A stretch of DNA of 64,000 nucleotides from Hydrolagus colliei (taxonomy: Eukaryota): NCBI GenBank assembly GCA_035084275.1, contig CM068770.1, forward strand, positions 4,030,001 through 4,094,000. The letters are read 5' to 3'. The first letter of the stretch is position 1. Each line of letters starts with the position of its first letter. The notes below the pieces were generated by a model that worked only from the letters and a program-made list of their open reading frames with translations, did no database searches and was not told where the DNA came from. Both the position numbers and the translations under genes were made by a program. Positions 1 to 12,872 of the stretch are shown piece by piece.

Positions 1-356
1 TCAAATGCAAGGATTATTATTATTATTGTGACATTCCTTTTCTCTTTCAGATTCCCTTCCTCTTAAATTCCAAATTTGACCTTACTTTGACTCCTACCTT
101 TCTGATTTATCCGGCAGTGTCTCCTACTCTGAGATGTGCTGAGATAGTTCACAAGCATTGGTATGGGGTTCCGCAGGGCAGTGGTTAGAGCAAGGGAGAG
201 GACCTGGGTTTGATTCCCGGGCAATGACAACAGCAAAATTGCACTTCTATAGCGTCTTTCACGTCGGGAGGACGTCCAAAGTGCTAAACACTCTGGTCGG
301 GACAAGGTGAAAAACTCAGGCAAGTTTCCTTACTCCGCACACCTCTGTTTATCTGT

Positions 357-606
357 GGAGCTCCTGTAACACAGTGGTTAGAGCAGTCGTCTTAGAAAGC
401 GTGAGACCCGTGTTCGAATCCAGGCAGGTCAGGGCGAAACCTTGGGCAGTTTCCTTACTCCACACACTCGCACACCTAATAATAAGTCATCCCAAAAAAA
501 CCACAATCATAAAAAACTATGTTCACTTTACAGTATATTCTGTGAAGCGCTTTGAGACGTCGATAAGATGTGAAAAGCGCTATATCAAATGCAAGGATTA
601 TTATTA
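357..606 (+). mobile_element. tRNA-derived SINE, internally deleted copy
   Basis: Head GGAGCTCCTGTAACACAGTGGTTAGAGCAG with B box GTTCGAATCC; joins directly to the 3' tail (TGTGAAGCGCTTTGAGACGTC...ATCAAATGCAAGG(ATT)n), lacking the central GCTGTGCGCAATTGGCTGCC block. Confidence 0.85.
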
Positions 607-1784
607 ATCCTCAGCAGTGAATAGGAACCCGGTTGTTAGTCGATTGGTGGATCGCTTTCCGGTGGGGTAATAATCCCTTCAATAAAATACAGAGTGTGTG
701 AGAGAGTAAGTGGGACATGTCAACACACCTCACTCTCACCCCCTGCCCCCACACACCCCACCCACCAACCACTACAACCAAAGGAAGTTATTTTAACAAT
801 AGGTTAAATCTTCTCCTGTACAAAAAAAAGTATTCTGCCGGTATCTCTCTGCTATTCCAAGTACGATGTTTACCAGCGCAACAGCGCTCAGCATCTGTGG
901 TGTCAATGAATTCTCCTCCCTGGCTCTCCGTCTGCCCGACTCGCAAACTTGCTGTTCAGAAACGCACTGTGAATTACGCTCCGAATTTTTAAGTGTTAAT
1001 TAAAGGCCGCCAGTCTGAGCTTCCTCCGCCTCTGCCCCTGCAATGTGTTCACCGCTCTTTGGCGACGGTTTATACGAAAATAATAATATTCTCCCAGGCA
1101 GTGTGTGTACATAATATCTCGAATTAGGCGCACATTAGCCAAGCTTTCCTCCCGGTTTGTCCCAGTAACCTGCTGTTAATTCACAATGGCCTTAATATTT
1201 TGCTTTTATTCCGAATTTCGACTCTCCATCGCGTTTGCCCGCCGCCTGGCTAAAACACAAATCCTCCACTTTGGCGATAATTAGGGGCTAACTGCCAGTA
1301 ATTATTGCTTTTATTAGTCGGTCTTTTCAATTAGACCCTTCAGTACCTGGACAGCCTCATGATACACTTACTACTTCTCGATGTATTTGCTAATTGAGGC
1401 CTCACACAGAGTAAGTAGGCGGTTTCTGCCTCGTTGCGTTAAAATGAAAGTCGTTTTTGTTTTTGCAAAAGTCTAATTTATTTCCACTCTCTCAACCAGC
1501 AACCTTCCCCAGCCTCCTCAGAAAGGCAACAAAACAGCAAACATTCGCAAAAAAAATTATTTTTGGCTTCGCCCTCTCTTTCGGCACAAAAGCGACTAGA
1601 ATTTTACACCGAGTTTTTCGCACAGGACCGACGGATTGAACTGCTTTCTCAGAGGCCGTGCAAAGCAGCAGGAAGGAGATTTTGCCAATGTTGTCCTAAG
1701 GCTCAGTCGCAGCATTGAGGTTTTGTAGACTGACGGAGTAGAATCGGAAGACATTTTGGGAGGGAGTTTGCAGAGCGCAGCTGT

Positions 1785-2152
1785 AATAATAATGGTAATA
1801 ATAATAATCTTTGCATTTGATATCGCGGCTTTTCACGTCTTCGAGACTGTGTCTCAAAGCTCTTCACAGAATATACTGTAAAGCAAATTGACTGTATATG
1901 TTTGTAGGCGAAACGCGGGAGCCAATTGCGCACAGCAGCGTCTCCCCCAGACAAACACCGGTGGATTGAAAATGGCCAATTTATTATTCATTTTTTTGAT
2001 GGTGGTGGGGGACGAATTATTATGTGGCGCGTGTGTGTGTGAGCGTGGAGTAAGAAAAATTACCCGAGGTTTCGCCCTGACCTGGCTGGATTCGAACACA
2101 GGTCTCAATGCTTGTAAGGTCGAGTGCTCTAACCACTGAGCTACAGGAGCAC
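1785..2152 (-). mobile_element. tRNA-derived SINE, full length
   Basis: Reverse complement shows A box, B box, (CA)n, central block and (ATT)n tail, matching the other copies in the window. Confidence 0.9.
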
Positions 2153-2744
2153 CATGATATACAGGAGCACCAAAAAACAAAACAAGCAATCACTTAACCC
2201 CAGGACCCCCCACCCCCCCCCCACACCCCTCCACTCCCCACACTCGCTGCTAACGAAGAAAATCCAACAGCAATTAGCCGGTTCGAACTGTTCCGAAATA
2301 AAGATCGCAAGGGACATCTGAATCCAGCTGATAAAAAAATAAAATCCCTTGTCCAGGAGACGGTGGGATCGCCCAGTGGGTCAGCAATTACTGTGAGACG
2401 GAAACGAGGAGACCGAGCCGCAAACGCTCACCAGCCCAGCAGGGTTCGGGGCCGGGCTGGGAGCGTTCTCCGAGGTTCATTGACTGCGCGCCCTACAGCA
2501 CGGTCGATTCCCTCCAGCCTCGCGCGCCCCAGAACAGGACAATGGGAGGTTGAACAGGTGATTCTTAATCACGGATCCATCGGAACCCGTTAAGTGTTTC
2601 GGTGACAGCAAAATCAATTGCGTCTAATGTTACCTTCAATGGGGGGTAGAATGAAACACTGTTGGAGCAGGCAGATGGGGGCCTGGACGGAGGAGGTGAT
2701 TTTTGACCTGCTTTCTCTCCCCCTGCCCCACCTCCCGTTCACTC

Positions 2745-3195
2745 CGTCCGGCCAGCGACAGCTTCCTACTTGTCCTCCGTACTCACCCCTCCAATCATCA
2801 TCGGCCGTGCTTTCACATACTACTACGCCCTAAGCCTTTGGAACATCTCCCCCAAACCCTCTGCCTGGGCCCCCCTCTCCTTCCCCCTGACTTTCAGCCT
2901 CTCTCTGCCCTCCACTCCCCCCCCACCCCCAACACACTCTGGAACTCCACCACACAGTCAACCTCACCTTGCTCACTCCCTCGCCTCCTTCAAGGCCGGT
3001 CTCAAGACCCTCCTCTTGGGAGGGCCCTCCCAACTCTCTCTCCCTTCCCCTCCTAACTCTCCCCCGCCACTCCCCACCTACCCTACCCCTCTCCCTTGCT
3101 CGGGTCCCAACCTGACTGTTCAGCGCCTTGGGACGTCCTCCCAAAGTGAAAGACTCTATGAATGTAATTTTGCTGCTGCTGTTGTTGTTGTTGTT
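2745..3195 (+). mobile_element. L2 LINE 3' fragment
   Basis: Degenerate ORF2 C-terminus (IIGRAF..ALSLWN; LASFKAGLKTLL) followed by tail CAGCGCCTTGGGACGTCCTCCC...(GTT)n. Confidence 0.85.
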
Positions 3196-4479
3196 AGATC
3201 ACGACCGAAAACCTTCCTCTTCATCCGTGATGAATTCCACAACGTTCGTCAATTAATTGACAATTATCAAGGCGCATTTCGCGCAACATATCGCGCGGGA
3301 GCCTTTCACACACGCAAATCTTATGCATACAGGAATGTCGTTCATTGCTATTAAATCCGATTACACGGTATTTGGTAATTCACCGGATGATCGAATTACA
3401 ACTCGCGCAGCAGAAGATACGGTCGTAAAACTGATCTATCTCCTAGTTACATTTAGCCTCGGAAAGTCAAACCTCGAATGGAGGCCGACCGAGGTTTGTA
3501 CGAGTAATCGTTTAGACACTTTGATTGCTGCGGCAAGGTTGCGTTTCTTTTAATGTAAAGATCGAGTGCGTGAGGTGGGTTGCCCGTGAAATACGCAAAC
3601 TAGATCCCAGTGTTGCAAAGGCTCATTGGCGACCTTGTTTTAGGTTTAATGAGGAACAGCAATAAGTATGGGGCATTGCAAAAACAAGGCACATATTTGT
3701 TTAAAGCTATTGTCTCTGTACAAAGCCATTCATATTGTTAGCGCTGATAGACTGAACATAATGGAAACACTACTTGTTTTCTACCCACTGCATTCTGGAG
3801 TAGCAGCCTTGTAAATGAAGCAATGATTTAGCATTTTAGTGACTGTGTTAGCGCTGATAAGAGACAGGGGCAGGATAATGCCTGAAATATTTGTCAAATC
3901 ACAAGTAGGCTGACTGCGGCAGAACAGAGTATTAACACTAATTTCTATCACATCTCCGCTGTTTCCTGGAGGAAGATAGGGTCAGCATAGGTTGAGAGAA
4001 CACAAAATGAGCAGCTGCCTCAGAGCGTCAGGGAATACAGAGATTCAAGCTCGGGGAAAACAGAGTAGACCGAATGCTAATATTTTTAAAATTGGAAATA
4101 TATCTGTCTTTATAGAAACACTGTGCGTTTTTTATTTAATTTTTCTATTCCGCGAACACGATATGTATGTATGAAAGTGTCCCCAATATGCTTTGCGACA
4201 CACGGAATAATAATTTGCCGTTTGCCTTTCATTACAAGAGTTGGAGAACGGAGTGTGGAGGGTGGTGCGGAGGGTGTGTGTGTTGGGATTTATTCTGGTC
4301 TAACGTTTTATTGGGATTAATAATTGAACAATAGGAAATAAATTCCATTTGTTGGAAGTTTAACCAAAGGCGGTTTCAGCGCCTTGGGACGTCCTCCCGC
4401 TCTCATGAAAGGCGCTCTATAAATGTAATTTTTTGGTGTTATTGTCGTTGATTTGAACGGAGTGAAACAGCACCAAAGT

Positions 4480-4680
4480 AGGGTCCACGCAGGCCAGCGT
4501 TTCATACGCCAAACAATCCTCCATCCTTCCTATTCCTCACTCCTTTACCCTCTTAAATAGGTCTCCGTTCTCCTCTTCCTCCACCACGTTTCCCTCTTAA
4601 ATACTTTTGCCTTCGACCATCGATTCCAGTGGTGAGTGTCAGACTCTCCATGGCCTCTGTGTGATACGTTCCTCCTCTGC
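4480..4680 (-). mobile_element. Degenerate CR1-like LINE 3' fragment
   Basis: Pyrimidine-rich sequence loosely resembling the CR1 ends at 50548 and 63290. Confidence 0.4.
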
Positions 4681-4984
4681 TGATCAGACCTGCTCATTTC
4701 TATTGTATTGGCAGATGTAAACAAACAACAACTTGCACAAATAAGTGATTTATTTCACCTAGGAAGCCTCTTTACTGGAATAGATTACCGAACAGTCTGG
4801 TGTGGTTAACTGGAGGAGCGGTCGAAGAAATACGGGAGAAGGATAATAATAATATTAATAATAATGAGGAAGATTTAAGGTTAAGGGAAGAATTTCCCTA
4901 ACCACTGAGCCAGAGCGGGTGAATGTTTGCCCATCAATGAAGACTCAATCCCCAGCAAAACTCCTCCAACCTAACACAGTGGAA

Positions 4985-5255
4985 AAAGGAGCCACGGATC
5001 TCCCAAACGTCTCAAAACGCTTTCACAGATGAATAAGTGAATTGACTGTACAGTATATTTGTTGATTGTGGGTGAAACGCGGCAGCCATTTGCGCCCAGC
5101 AGCGTTCCCCCACCCCCACAAACGGTCGTGGATCTCAGTGACCTCAAATTATTATTATTTTTTTAGAGGGATTATTATCAGGCGTGTGGAGTAAGGAAAC
5201 TTCCTCGAAAACGAACCCAGATCTCTCGCTTGTGAGGCGAGTGCTCTAACCAGTG
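4985..5255 (-). mobile_element. tRNA-derived SINE, diverged
   Basis: Central block GAAACGCGGCAGCC...AGCAGCGTTCCCC and head GTGCTCTAACCA on the minus strand. Confidence 0.8.
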
Positions 5256-6049
5256 ACAGCACCGACCCTCAACCCTTCACACCGCAGTTCACACAGACAC
5301 AATCCTCCTCCCTCGTGGCGCGGTAGCCAAACTCATCGCGCCCTACGTCGCTACGTTCAATGCAGTTTACAGTAAACCGAGTCAGGAGAGTCTAAAATTC
5401 AATACAGGTTAATGCCTGTGACAGGTTAGCACTTGTCCAATTCCAATAGTATCAGCGAGAGGTCGTGATATCTGCGTTCTTATCGAACGACACCTCTCGA
5501 TCAATATCACAGCAGTTTAGAGTTTCATATTAATACTGAGATGTTGGTAAATGCGGGTGGGGGTGTGTGTAGGAGGGGGGAGGTGGTGGATGAAGCCTAC
5601 TTAGACAGTTCTATGTTATATCCGTCACGTTAAATGTTGCCGTGTGAGGGACACTGGAACCTTCGGACGCACCCCCCCCCCCCCCCACCCACCCATTCTA
5701 CCTCGTCTTAGCCTGTAACAGCATTTCATTCGAAAGTTTAGGAAAATTAATTGGCGTTCGGAAATCTGTTGCCCCACAAACAGCCCTGATGTGAGTCACA
5801 GATTTTTTTGGGTATTACTTTTGGGGTGGGGGGGGGGTGATTATTTGACCATCAAATTGTATTATTTGACTGTCCAGTGACTCGGGATGTCCTCCTGGCA
5901 TGAAAGGCGCTATACAAGTGTCATTTTGTTGTTGTTGGTTGGATTGGAAGGATAGACAGAGAGAGAGAGAGAGAGAGAGAGGGAGGGAGAGAAACTCCTT
6001 TCTCTTTCCAAACAGGTCGATGTGAAATGTTCACCCAAAACAGGCACTC

Positions 6050-6202
6050 TGTCTAAAGAACGTCACCTCAAATAATACGTCGCATTCCCGAACAGCATCA
6101 GCCTAGACCTCCGAAGTAGCTCTAAATCCCGACTTGGGTCTCGAACCCTCAACTGTGCGGCTCGGAGGTGAGACTGCCCCCAACGGAGCCAGGCTGACAC
6201 CC
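6050..6202 (-). mobile_element. Degenerate DeuSINE-type (SacSINE1-like) head
   Basis: GTCTCGAACCCTCAACTGTGCGGCTCGGAGGTGAGACTGCCCCAACGGAGCCAGGCTGACACC resembles, from memory, the tRNA-derived head of shark DeuSINEs; related pieces at 22545, 36490 and 48690. Confidence 0.5.
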
Positions 6203-6491
6203 TGAGGAAGTGAAGGGAGGTCGTTTATGGCCGTTTGTTTAGGTACAGAGTTGGGGTTGATCAAAATAATGCCCGCAGACACTTCACTGAGACACTGAAA
6301 CTACTGCCGAAAGGGGTGGGGAAGCTCCTCCGGGCAGCGTCGCTTATAAAATAATCACGTTCGAACGCAGAAGGAGGTAAGTCATGTATAACAATAATTT
6401 GTTACATGATTTATGCTCGCACACGGGTGTTAGAAAATGTAAGTTTCCACCTTGAAGCACTCCCAACTCAAGGCGGGTGAGTGAGCGAGCG

Positions 6492-6531
<40 letters not shown>

Positions 6532-7639
6532 AGATGCAAATGCCATTGACACTGAAGTTGCATTAAACCTTCCCATCAAGGTGCAATAATGGAATAAAGG
6601 CCCCAAGCGGAGCTAGTTTTCTAGTCAATATTCTTTATTTGGCTGCATAAAAACCTTGTTTCATCTTCTTCACAAACCATTAGGAGCAGTCGATTTGGCT
6701 GTCAATTGCTATCTCAGGCAGGCACATTAATGCAGACTCACAAAAAGCCTGCATGCTGCTCTATCACTTCACTCCCTTTCAAATTAGAGCCTTAATGCTG
6801 CCTCCTCACAGCCTGTGTGACATGTTAACACTATCAGCTATTTGTTGTGATTGGCCTTAATACATTGTGTCTAAAGATTTCATCAGCCCGTTGATGACAG
6901 AAATAAACCGCCATCCACTGGGAAATTGCTCTGATTAATAGAATTAGGCCTCGCGGCGTGTCAGTGGTAAAGGTGGGCGTGCGGCGTCTCCCGCGAGACG
7001 CGGCGTTTGAAGAGGACCTTCGTCTGAGTTCTGCGGAGACGGCCGCTGAGGTAAAAACCCGGATTAACTCGTACCGTTCGGATGAACGCAGCCGCAACCG
7101 CCGCCCGGCAAGAGGGGATGGGCAGGAATCGGGTCTGGTTCAACGCTGGCATTTTTTTTGTCACTTAATGAGGCGTTAAAAACAGTGATTTGTTTTTGTG
7201 TGTGTGTGTGTCGGGGGGTGGGGGGGGGGGGGGAGCAAAATAATTATTTCATCTTCCTCTCCTCCACACCTCTCCCACCACACCCTCCGCCCAACCCCTC
7301 ACCACCCCTCACTCACTTAATTTCCTTTTCATCGTTACAAAGCACAGGTTTAGCGACCGGTGGGTTCCACCATCCGCTACTGATCCCCTCGAAACAATTC
7401 CCAAGTTTGATCCCTTTACGATCGTTTCAATTCCAATTTTAAAAAAAAGATCCTCTTCCTCCTAATTTATCCTCATCAATATAAGTTTCCGGAACGCCTT
7501 TGGTGAGACGCTCCCGGGCGTGATTGACGACCGCGTTTCGTCCACAGTCAGTATTATGTACTTTACTGTATATCCTGCAAAGCCACTTGATAAGGCGCAA
7601 AGACGGGATTAATGTTAGTATTAGTGTTATTGTACGTGA

Positions 7640-7880
7640 GAGACAGGTTCAATTCCAGGCAGGGCAAAACCTGGAGCAAAGTTCCTTACTCCATACACAC
7701 ACACACACACCTAATAATAATGATCCCTCCCAATCCCACCGTGGATTGGTGCAATCCACGATTGTTTGTGGGAGGAACAAATACACAGTCACTCTGCAGT
7801 ACAGAATATTCTGTGAAGCGCTTTGAGACACAGTTCTAGAATACATGAAAAGCCACTATATCAAATGCGAGGATTATTAT
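7640..7880 (+). mobile_element. tRNA-derived SINE
   Basis: B box GGTTCAATTCC, (CA)n, partial central block, tail ATCAAATGCGAGGATTATTATT. Confidence 0.85.
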
Positions 7881-10206
7881 TTCGCTGAGTTGTTTCTGAC
7901 TTTGGTTTGGAGTCTGAAAAAAGGTGTTCATTGTGCAAAACATGGCACGGTTTTAAACGTGACTAACCCCCACCCCCCCCCCCCCCGTCCCCTGCCCGGG
8001 GTTGGGGCCAGTGTCGGTGGGTATTTGCGATGCCCAGTCTCACCCACAGCAGAGAACGCAGACACGTTTCCACTCTTGAGATAAAGCAGCAAGTCTAAAC
8101 CAGTCGCAGTTTGCGTTGAGTTCAGCTCAGCTCAGCTCACAGTCATTCAGTTCTGTGGCAGTCTGATGCCTCCGAAAGGCTATCAGAGGTACTGAATATA
8201 CATAACTAAACAAATAAATAATCCTTGCGTTTTGATATAGTGGCTTTTTACATCTTAGTCTCAAAGCGCTTCACAGAATATACTGTAAAGTGAATTGACT
8301 GTGTATTTGTGGGCGAAACGCGGCAGCCAATTATATGTGATAAGGTGAGAGAGTACATTTCGGGGAGAGGGTGGGGGTGGGGGGCTGGGTGAAGAATGAA
8401 CATCTGTTACTGTTCCCCTTTCAGATGAGAGGGACTGCAATTCCCTTCAGCTTCAATGCCACTTCACTGGAAGAGATGAGCCAGGGTTTCGATGCTTTAT
8501 CTGCCTCCAGCTTCAATTAAAGCCCTTTGCACGAGCATTGATAGGTTTAGTATTAGCCGAGAGCTCGGGTTGAGATGGCTGTCTGTCTCTCTCTCTCTCT
8601 CAGCAGCAGGAATCTAAACCCTTTAGCTCAATCGGTTTGTGTGAGATAAACACAGCATGAAACTGGTCTTTCTGTGGTTGTGTTTGATGGCGGAGGAAGG
8701 GAAGGATATTCACCAGGAAATATTTCAGCCTGCGCTGAATTCTCTCAGGCGTTGGCTTGGGATGGACAGTTGTGTTTGTGTGTGTGTGTGTGCGTGTGTG
8801 TATGTGTGTGTCAGTCAGAGGGTGTGGTGTGTGTATAAACTCTGTGTTGGGATTTGAACCGCTTGTTTAGACTGACGTCCCAGCGTCAATGCTCTGTGGG
8901 TCTGTGGGTCAGTTTGGAGAGAAGTTAAGGATCCCATGACACGGTTTGGAAAGAGGAGGCAGTTTCCTCTGCGTTTCCCGCCCAATGATTTTCCAACAAT
9001 TAAAAAGCCAAGAGTTACGGCCGCGTTTGCACAGACATTCACTCAACTGATTGAGTTGCTCGTACATCGAAACGGAGCAATGAGTTGGAAACCTCCTCCC
9101 TACTCTCCCCCCTACTCCCAACCGACTCCATCACCCCCACTTCCCCACCCCCACCCCCCCTCCCTAACCACCCCACCCCCAGTTCCTCACAAGCTCATGC
9201 TGTTTCGTAATTGCATCTTGCAGCAGGGTTTTGGGGGAGAGAGAAAAAAGGGCTCCAGGCCCTATTAGGTCTGATTATTGGGCTCCACTAAATCTGGGAT
9301 TAAGGGTCTTAATCCGAGGCAGAACAGGGCAGATCTTTGTCCGGTTCTCTGGGCAGACGCTGGAAAACCAGCCAGGGAGAGAACAAGGACGGGAGTTAAT
9401 CGGCCCCAAAAAAACACAAAAAACTTGTACCTCTGTTCAATCCTATTCTGTCGCGAAGATTACTGAGATACGGTCGGGTGGTTCTGATGAGAGGAGCCGA
9501 GGAAAAAAAAACAGATCAGGAGAACAACTTCAAGCGAGAGTTAGAGGTTTATTCAGATCATGTCACAGGACGCAACCAGTCTGCCCTTGTCTTTCATTGC
9601 TCCCAGCACATGGCAGCTTGAATAGTGTCCTCCTAGACATCATTACAAGGAGAAGACAAGCTGATACCTATTGCTCCCGTGCTTTTTAAAAAAAAACGCA
9701 ATGTCAAACGATCATTTCAAACACTTTTACTGGGCGGACGAACCATCAGTGGCCGTCAGAGACTGAGCGCGAATTCTGTGGTAAAACACTGGGCAGTAAC
9801 TTTGATCCTCTATGTTATCGACGCGGTTAATTTTCAGCATAACGTAAAATGGAACGAGAGCTCAATGCAACAGCGCCCGTCTGCCTCGCCCTTGCCACAC
9901 TGCGATACGCGCGTGGGGGGCGAGTGCACTCTTGGGCTGCGGGGGAATTACTGTTATTATTACTCGTTTGATCTTTGACTGACGCACACATTCCCGGGTT
10001 ATTGACTGTTTGTGGGGGGCGCGGACGCTGCCGCGCGCAACTGGCTGCCGCGTTTCACCTTCACAAAAATATACAGTCAATTCACTTCACAGTACATTCT
10101 GTGAAGCGCTTTGAGACACAGTCTAGAAGACGTGAAAAACGCGATATCAAATTCATTCTTGTTCTTATTATCCTTATTATGTTTGGCCCACATTTTGATG
10201 TTTCAG

Positions 10207-10279
10207 GAGCTATATGAGAAACGCAAGGACGTGTTTTATCCTAAATACTCCATAGGGAGTGACGGCCAGCTGCTGCGAT
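10207..10279 (+). CDS. Candidate upstream exon of gene X (ELYEKRKDVFYPKYSIGSDGQLLRL)
   Basis: Acceptor TTTTGATGTTTCAG; only one open frame; donor ambiguous (GTGGGG or GTGTGG), so linkage to the secure exons is not established. Confidence 0.35.
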
Positions 10280-10375
10280 TGGGTGGGGTGTGGGGGGTAT
10301 GGTGGGTGTGGGGGGGGGTGGGGTATGGTGGGTGTGGGGGGGGGGGGTATGGTGGGTGTGGGGGGGGGGGGGGAC
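10280..10375 (+). repeat. G-rich minisatellite (GGGGGTATGGTGGGTGTGGGGG) x about 3
   Basis: Tandem units directly visible; runs of G suit G-quadruplex formation. Confidence 0.8.
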
Positions 10376-11994
10376 ACGGACATATTTCAGTCGTTGGGAA
10401 TCAGTGGTGGAAATGAAGTTTGCCGAGGATATAATTCGGCAAACGAGATTATCGGGTTCATTGAAGGAGGACACAGCGCTCGCCTTAGACGCATAAAGAA
10501 AAAGGTTGTAAAACCCACGCTCTAACAAGATAATCCGTCACCACCGCCAAGCCTCCACTGAATTGTGTTAACGTATCAAGCGAGAGCATTCGGCTCACTT
10601 CAGAGGCTACTGTTGGGTTAAACGTCTGGGAGACAGTAACTAGTCTGTGCACAACAAGGAATCCTTTATCTGAGCAAATTATTCTGCGCTATGTGTCCTG
10701 TGACTTATGTAGTCCAACTTTCCTCGGACACACAGACTGCATTCAGTCACAAATAATCCATGTGATTTACTGATGCTGGGCTAAGGGTTGGGGGGGGTGT
10801 GTGTGGGGATGGGGGCGGAGGGGTTTGAGGAGTGGGAAGGGGGATGGGGAGGGGGGGAGGGGGGGGGGAGGTGGGGGAAGGGCAGGGGAACAGGGAGGGT
10901 CTTTGAGGACTGCGGATGTTGAAGGCTTGCGTCCCCGAGATTCATTTAAAGGACTTGTTTCTGGAACGTTTCAGAAAAAAAAATGCGATAGAAATATAAT
11001 TGTCTTCTGTTCTTTGTCCGGCTCTTCCCCAACCCAGCAGTCGGGAGCGGAGTTTTGAATGGGAACGATTTCCCTCTGGCCTGAGCCGACACGCCATTCG
11101 CTGGGTTAACGGGAGGAGGGCAGAGCACAGGAACACACGAGTAACGTACAGGGAAGGGCAGCGAGTCCACAATTGGTCTTAAAGTTTAGGGTCTTCTCGT
11201 TGAAGGTGGAGTCGGAGGGCGGTTCGAAGATGAACTGAGTGTGAGTGAGACGCTGCAGGTAAAGTGGTCACACGCAGCGTAGTGATGGCTGGTGAGTACC
11301 ACTGACTTTTACGCAGATCCCCTCCTTACCCTCCCCTTCCCCTTCCCATTCCCCTCCCTCGGTGGGGAGTCCGTTAGCTCAGTGGTTAGAGCACCCCCCC
11401 CACGCAATCGAGAGGACCTGGGTTCGATTCCCGGCAGGTCAGGTCAGGGCGCAACCTTGGGCGTGTTCCCTTGCTCCGCACGCCTGATAATAATCCCTCA
11501 AAAAAAACAATATGTAAATAATAATTTGGTCACTCAATCTACGACTGTTCGTGGGGGACGCTGCTGTGCGCAATTGGCTTCACAAGAAGAGCATGATTCA
11601 CACTCTTGCTTCAAGAGCCCTGATTTACCTTAATAATAATATTAATCCCAGAATTTGGCATAGCACCTTCTCACCTCTTCGAGACGTCTCGAAGCGCTTC
11701 GCAGAATATACTCTCCAGTGTAGTGACTGTATATTTTGTGGGCCAATGTCGGCAGCCAATGTTGCGCGCAGCGGCGTCCCCACAAACATTCGTGGATTGA
11801 AGTCATTGATTTAATACCTTCGCTACTGTAGACATTCAATGGACTATTGAGATATTAACAGGTCATAATTACTTGTTGCATTCTAACGACAAGCGCTTTT
11901 GACTCACTGAAAAATCGTCTGATAACAAGCAAGGAAGATTATCAATTCATTTCCTCTCCCTTGTTCTCTCTCTCTCTCTCCGTTTCTCTCGCAG

Positions 11995-12046
11995 TGTATG
12001 GCAGTAACCGTCGATCCATATGTGGGGACGTCATAGTTTTCCCAAG
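11995..12046 (+). CDS. Gene X exon (phase 1 to 2): YGSNRRSICGDVIVFP
   Basis: Long polypyrimidine tract ending CGCAG, donor AAG|GTACGT; the only open frame joins in frame to the next exon. Confidence 0.75.
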
Positions 12047-12229
12047 GTACGTGAGAAAGCCATGAAACACACAAACGAACGAACGAACAAACATTTACAA
12101 AGCAACAGGCGCCATCATTGAACTACTGAGGACAAAGTAGACACTGACTGTGTGCAAAGAGAAGTTTGTGACAAAGATTTGTAATCAGAACTGCGGTTAT
12201 ATCAACCCGCAAGCATGACTTTGACTTGT

Positions 12230-12540
12230 GGAGTCCTGTAGCTCGGTGATTAGAGCACTCACCTCTCAAAGCGAGAGACCTAGGGTTCGATTCCAGGCAG
12301 GTCAGGGCAACTTTCCTTACTCCACACTCACACACGCGCCTGATAATAATCCCTTTTTATATTAAAAAAATTGTCATTTCAATCCACGACTGTTTGTGGG
12401 GGACGATGCTGCGCACAAATGGCTGCCGCGTTTCTCCCACGAACGTACAGTTAATTTACTTTACAGCATAACTTGCGAAGCGCTTTGAGACGTCTAGAAG
12501 ATACGAATAGCCTTACATCGAATGCAAGGGCCGTTATTCT
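12230..12540 (+). mobile_element. tRNA-derived SINE, full length
   Basis: GGAGTCCTGTAGCTCGGTGATTAGAGCACTC head through to ATCGAATGCAAGG tail. Confidence 0.88.
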
Positions 12541-12644
12541 CATTCTCATTATTATCTCCGCTTACACCAGTTGTGACGCTTTGCGATGAAGTTGAGGAAG
12601 AATTGCAATGTCTCTACTGTCTCTCTCTCTACCCCAAAAGGCTG

Positions 12645-12860
12645 TAGATGCTCAGTCAACAGACAACATATTCAAGGACTGAAATCGACAGATTTCTTAT
12701 GGACAAAGGGATTTAAGGGATATGGGGTTAAGGGAGTGGGGGAGCAGGTGGAGTTAGATGAGAAGATAAGCCATGATCTTATTGAATGGCGGGAGGGGCT
12801 TGAGGGGCTGAATGGCCTACTCCTGCTCCTAGTTCTTCTGTTCTCATGTACCGTTCCGTA
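12645..12860 (+). mobile_element. CR1 LINE 3' fragment
   Basis: GGGATTTAAGGGATATGGGG...GGGCTGAATGGCCTACTCCTGCTCCTA, a typical CR1 3' end; near-identical piece at 51335-51575. Confidence 0.8.
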
Positions 12861-12872
12861 TATGTGTTACAG

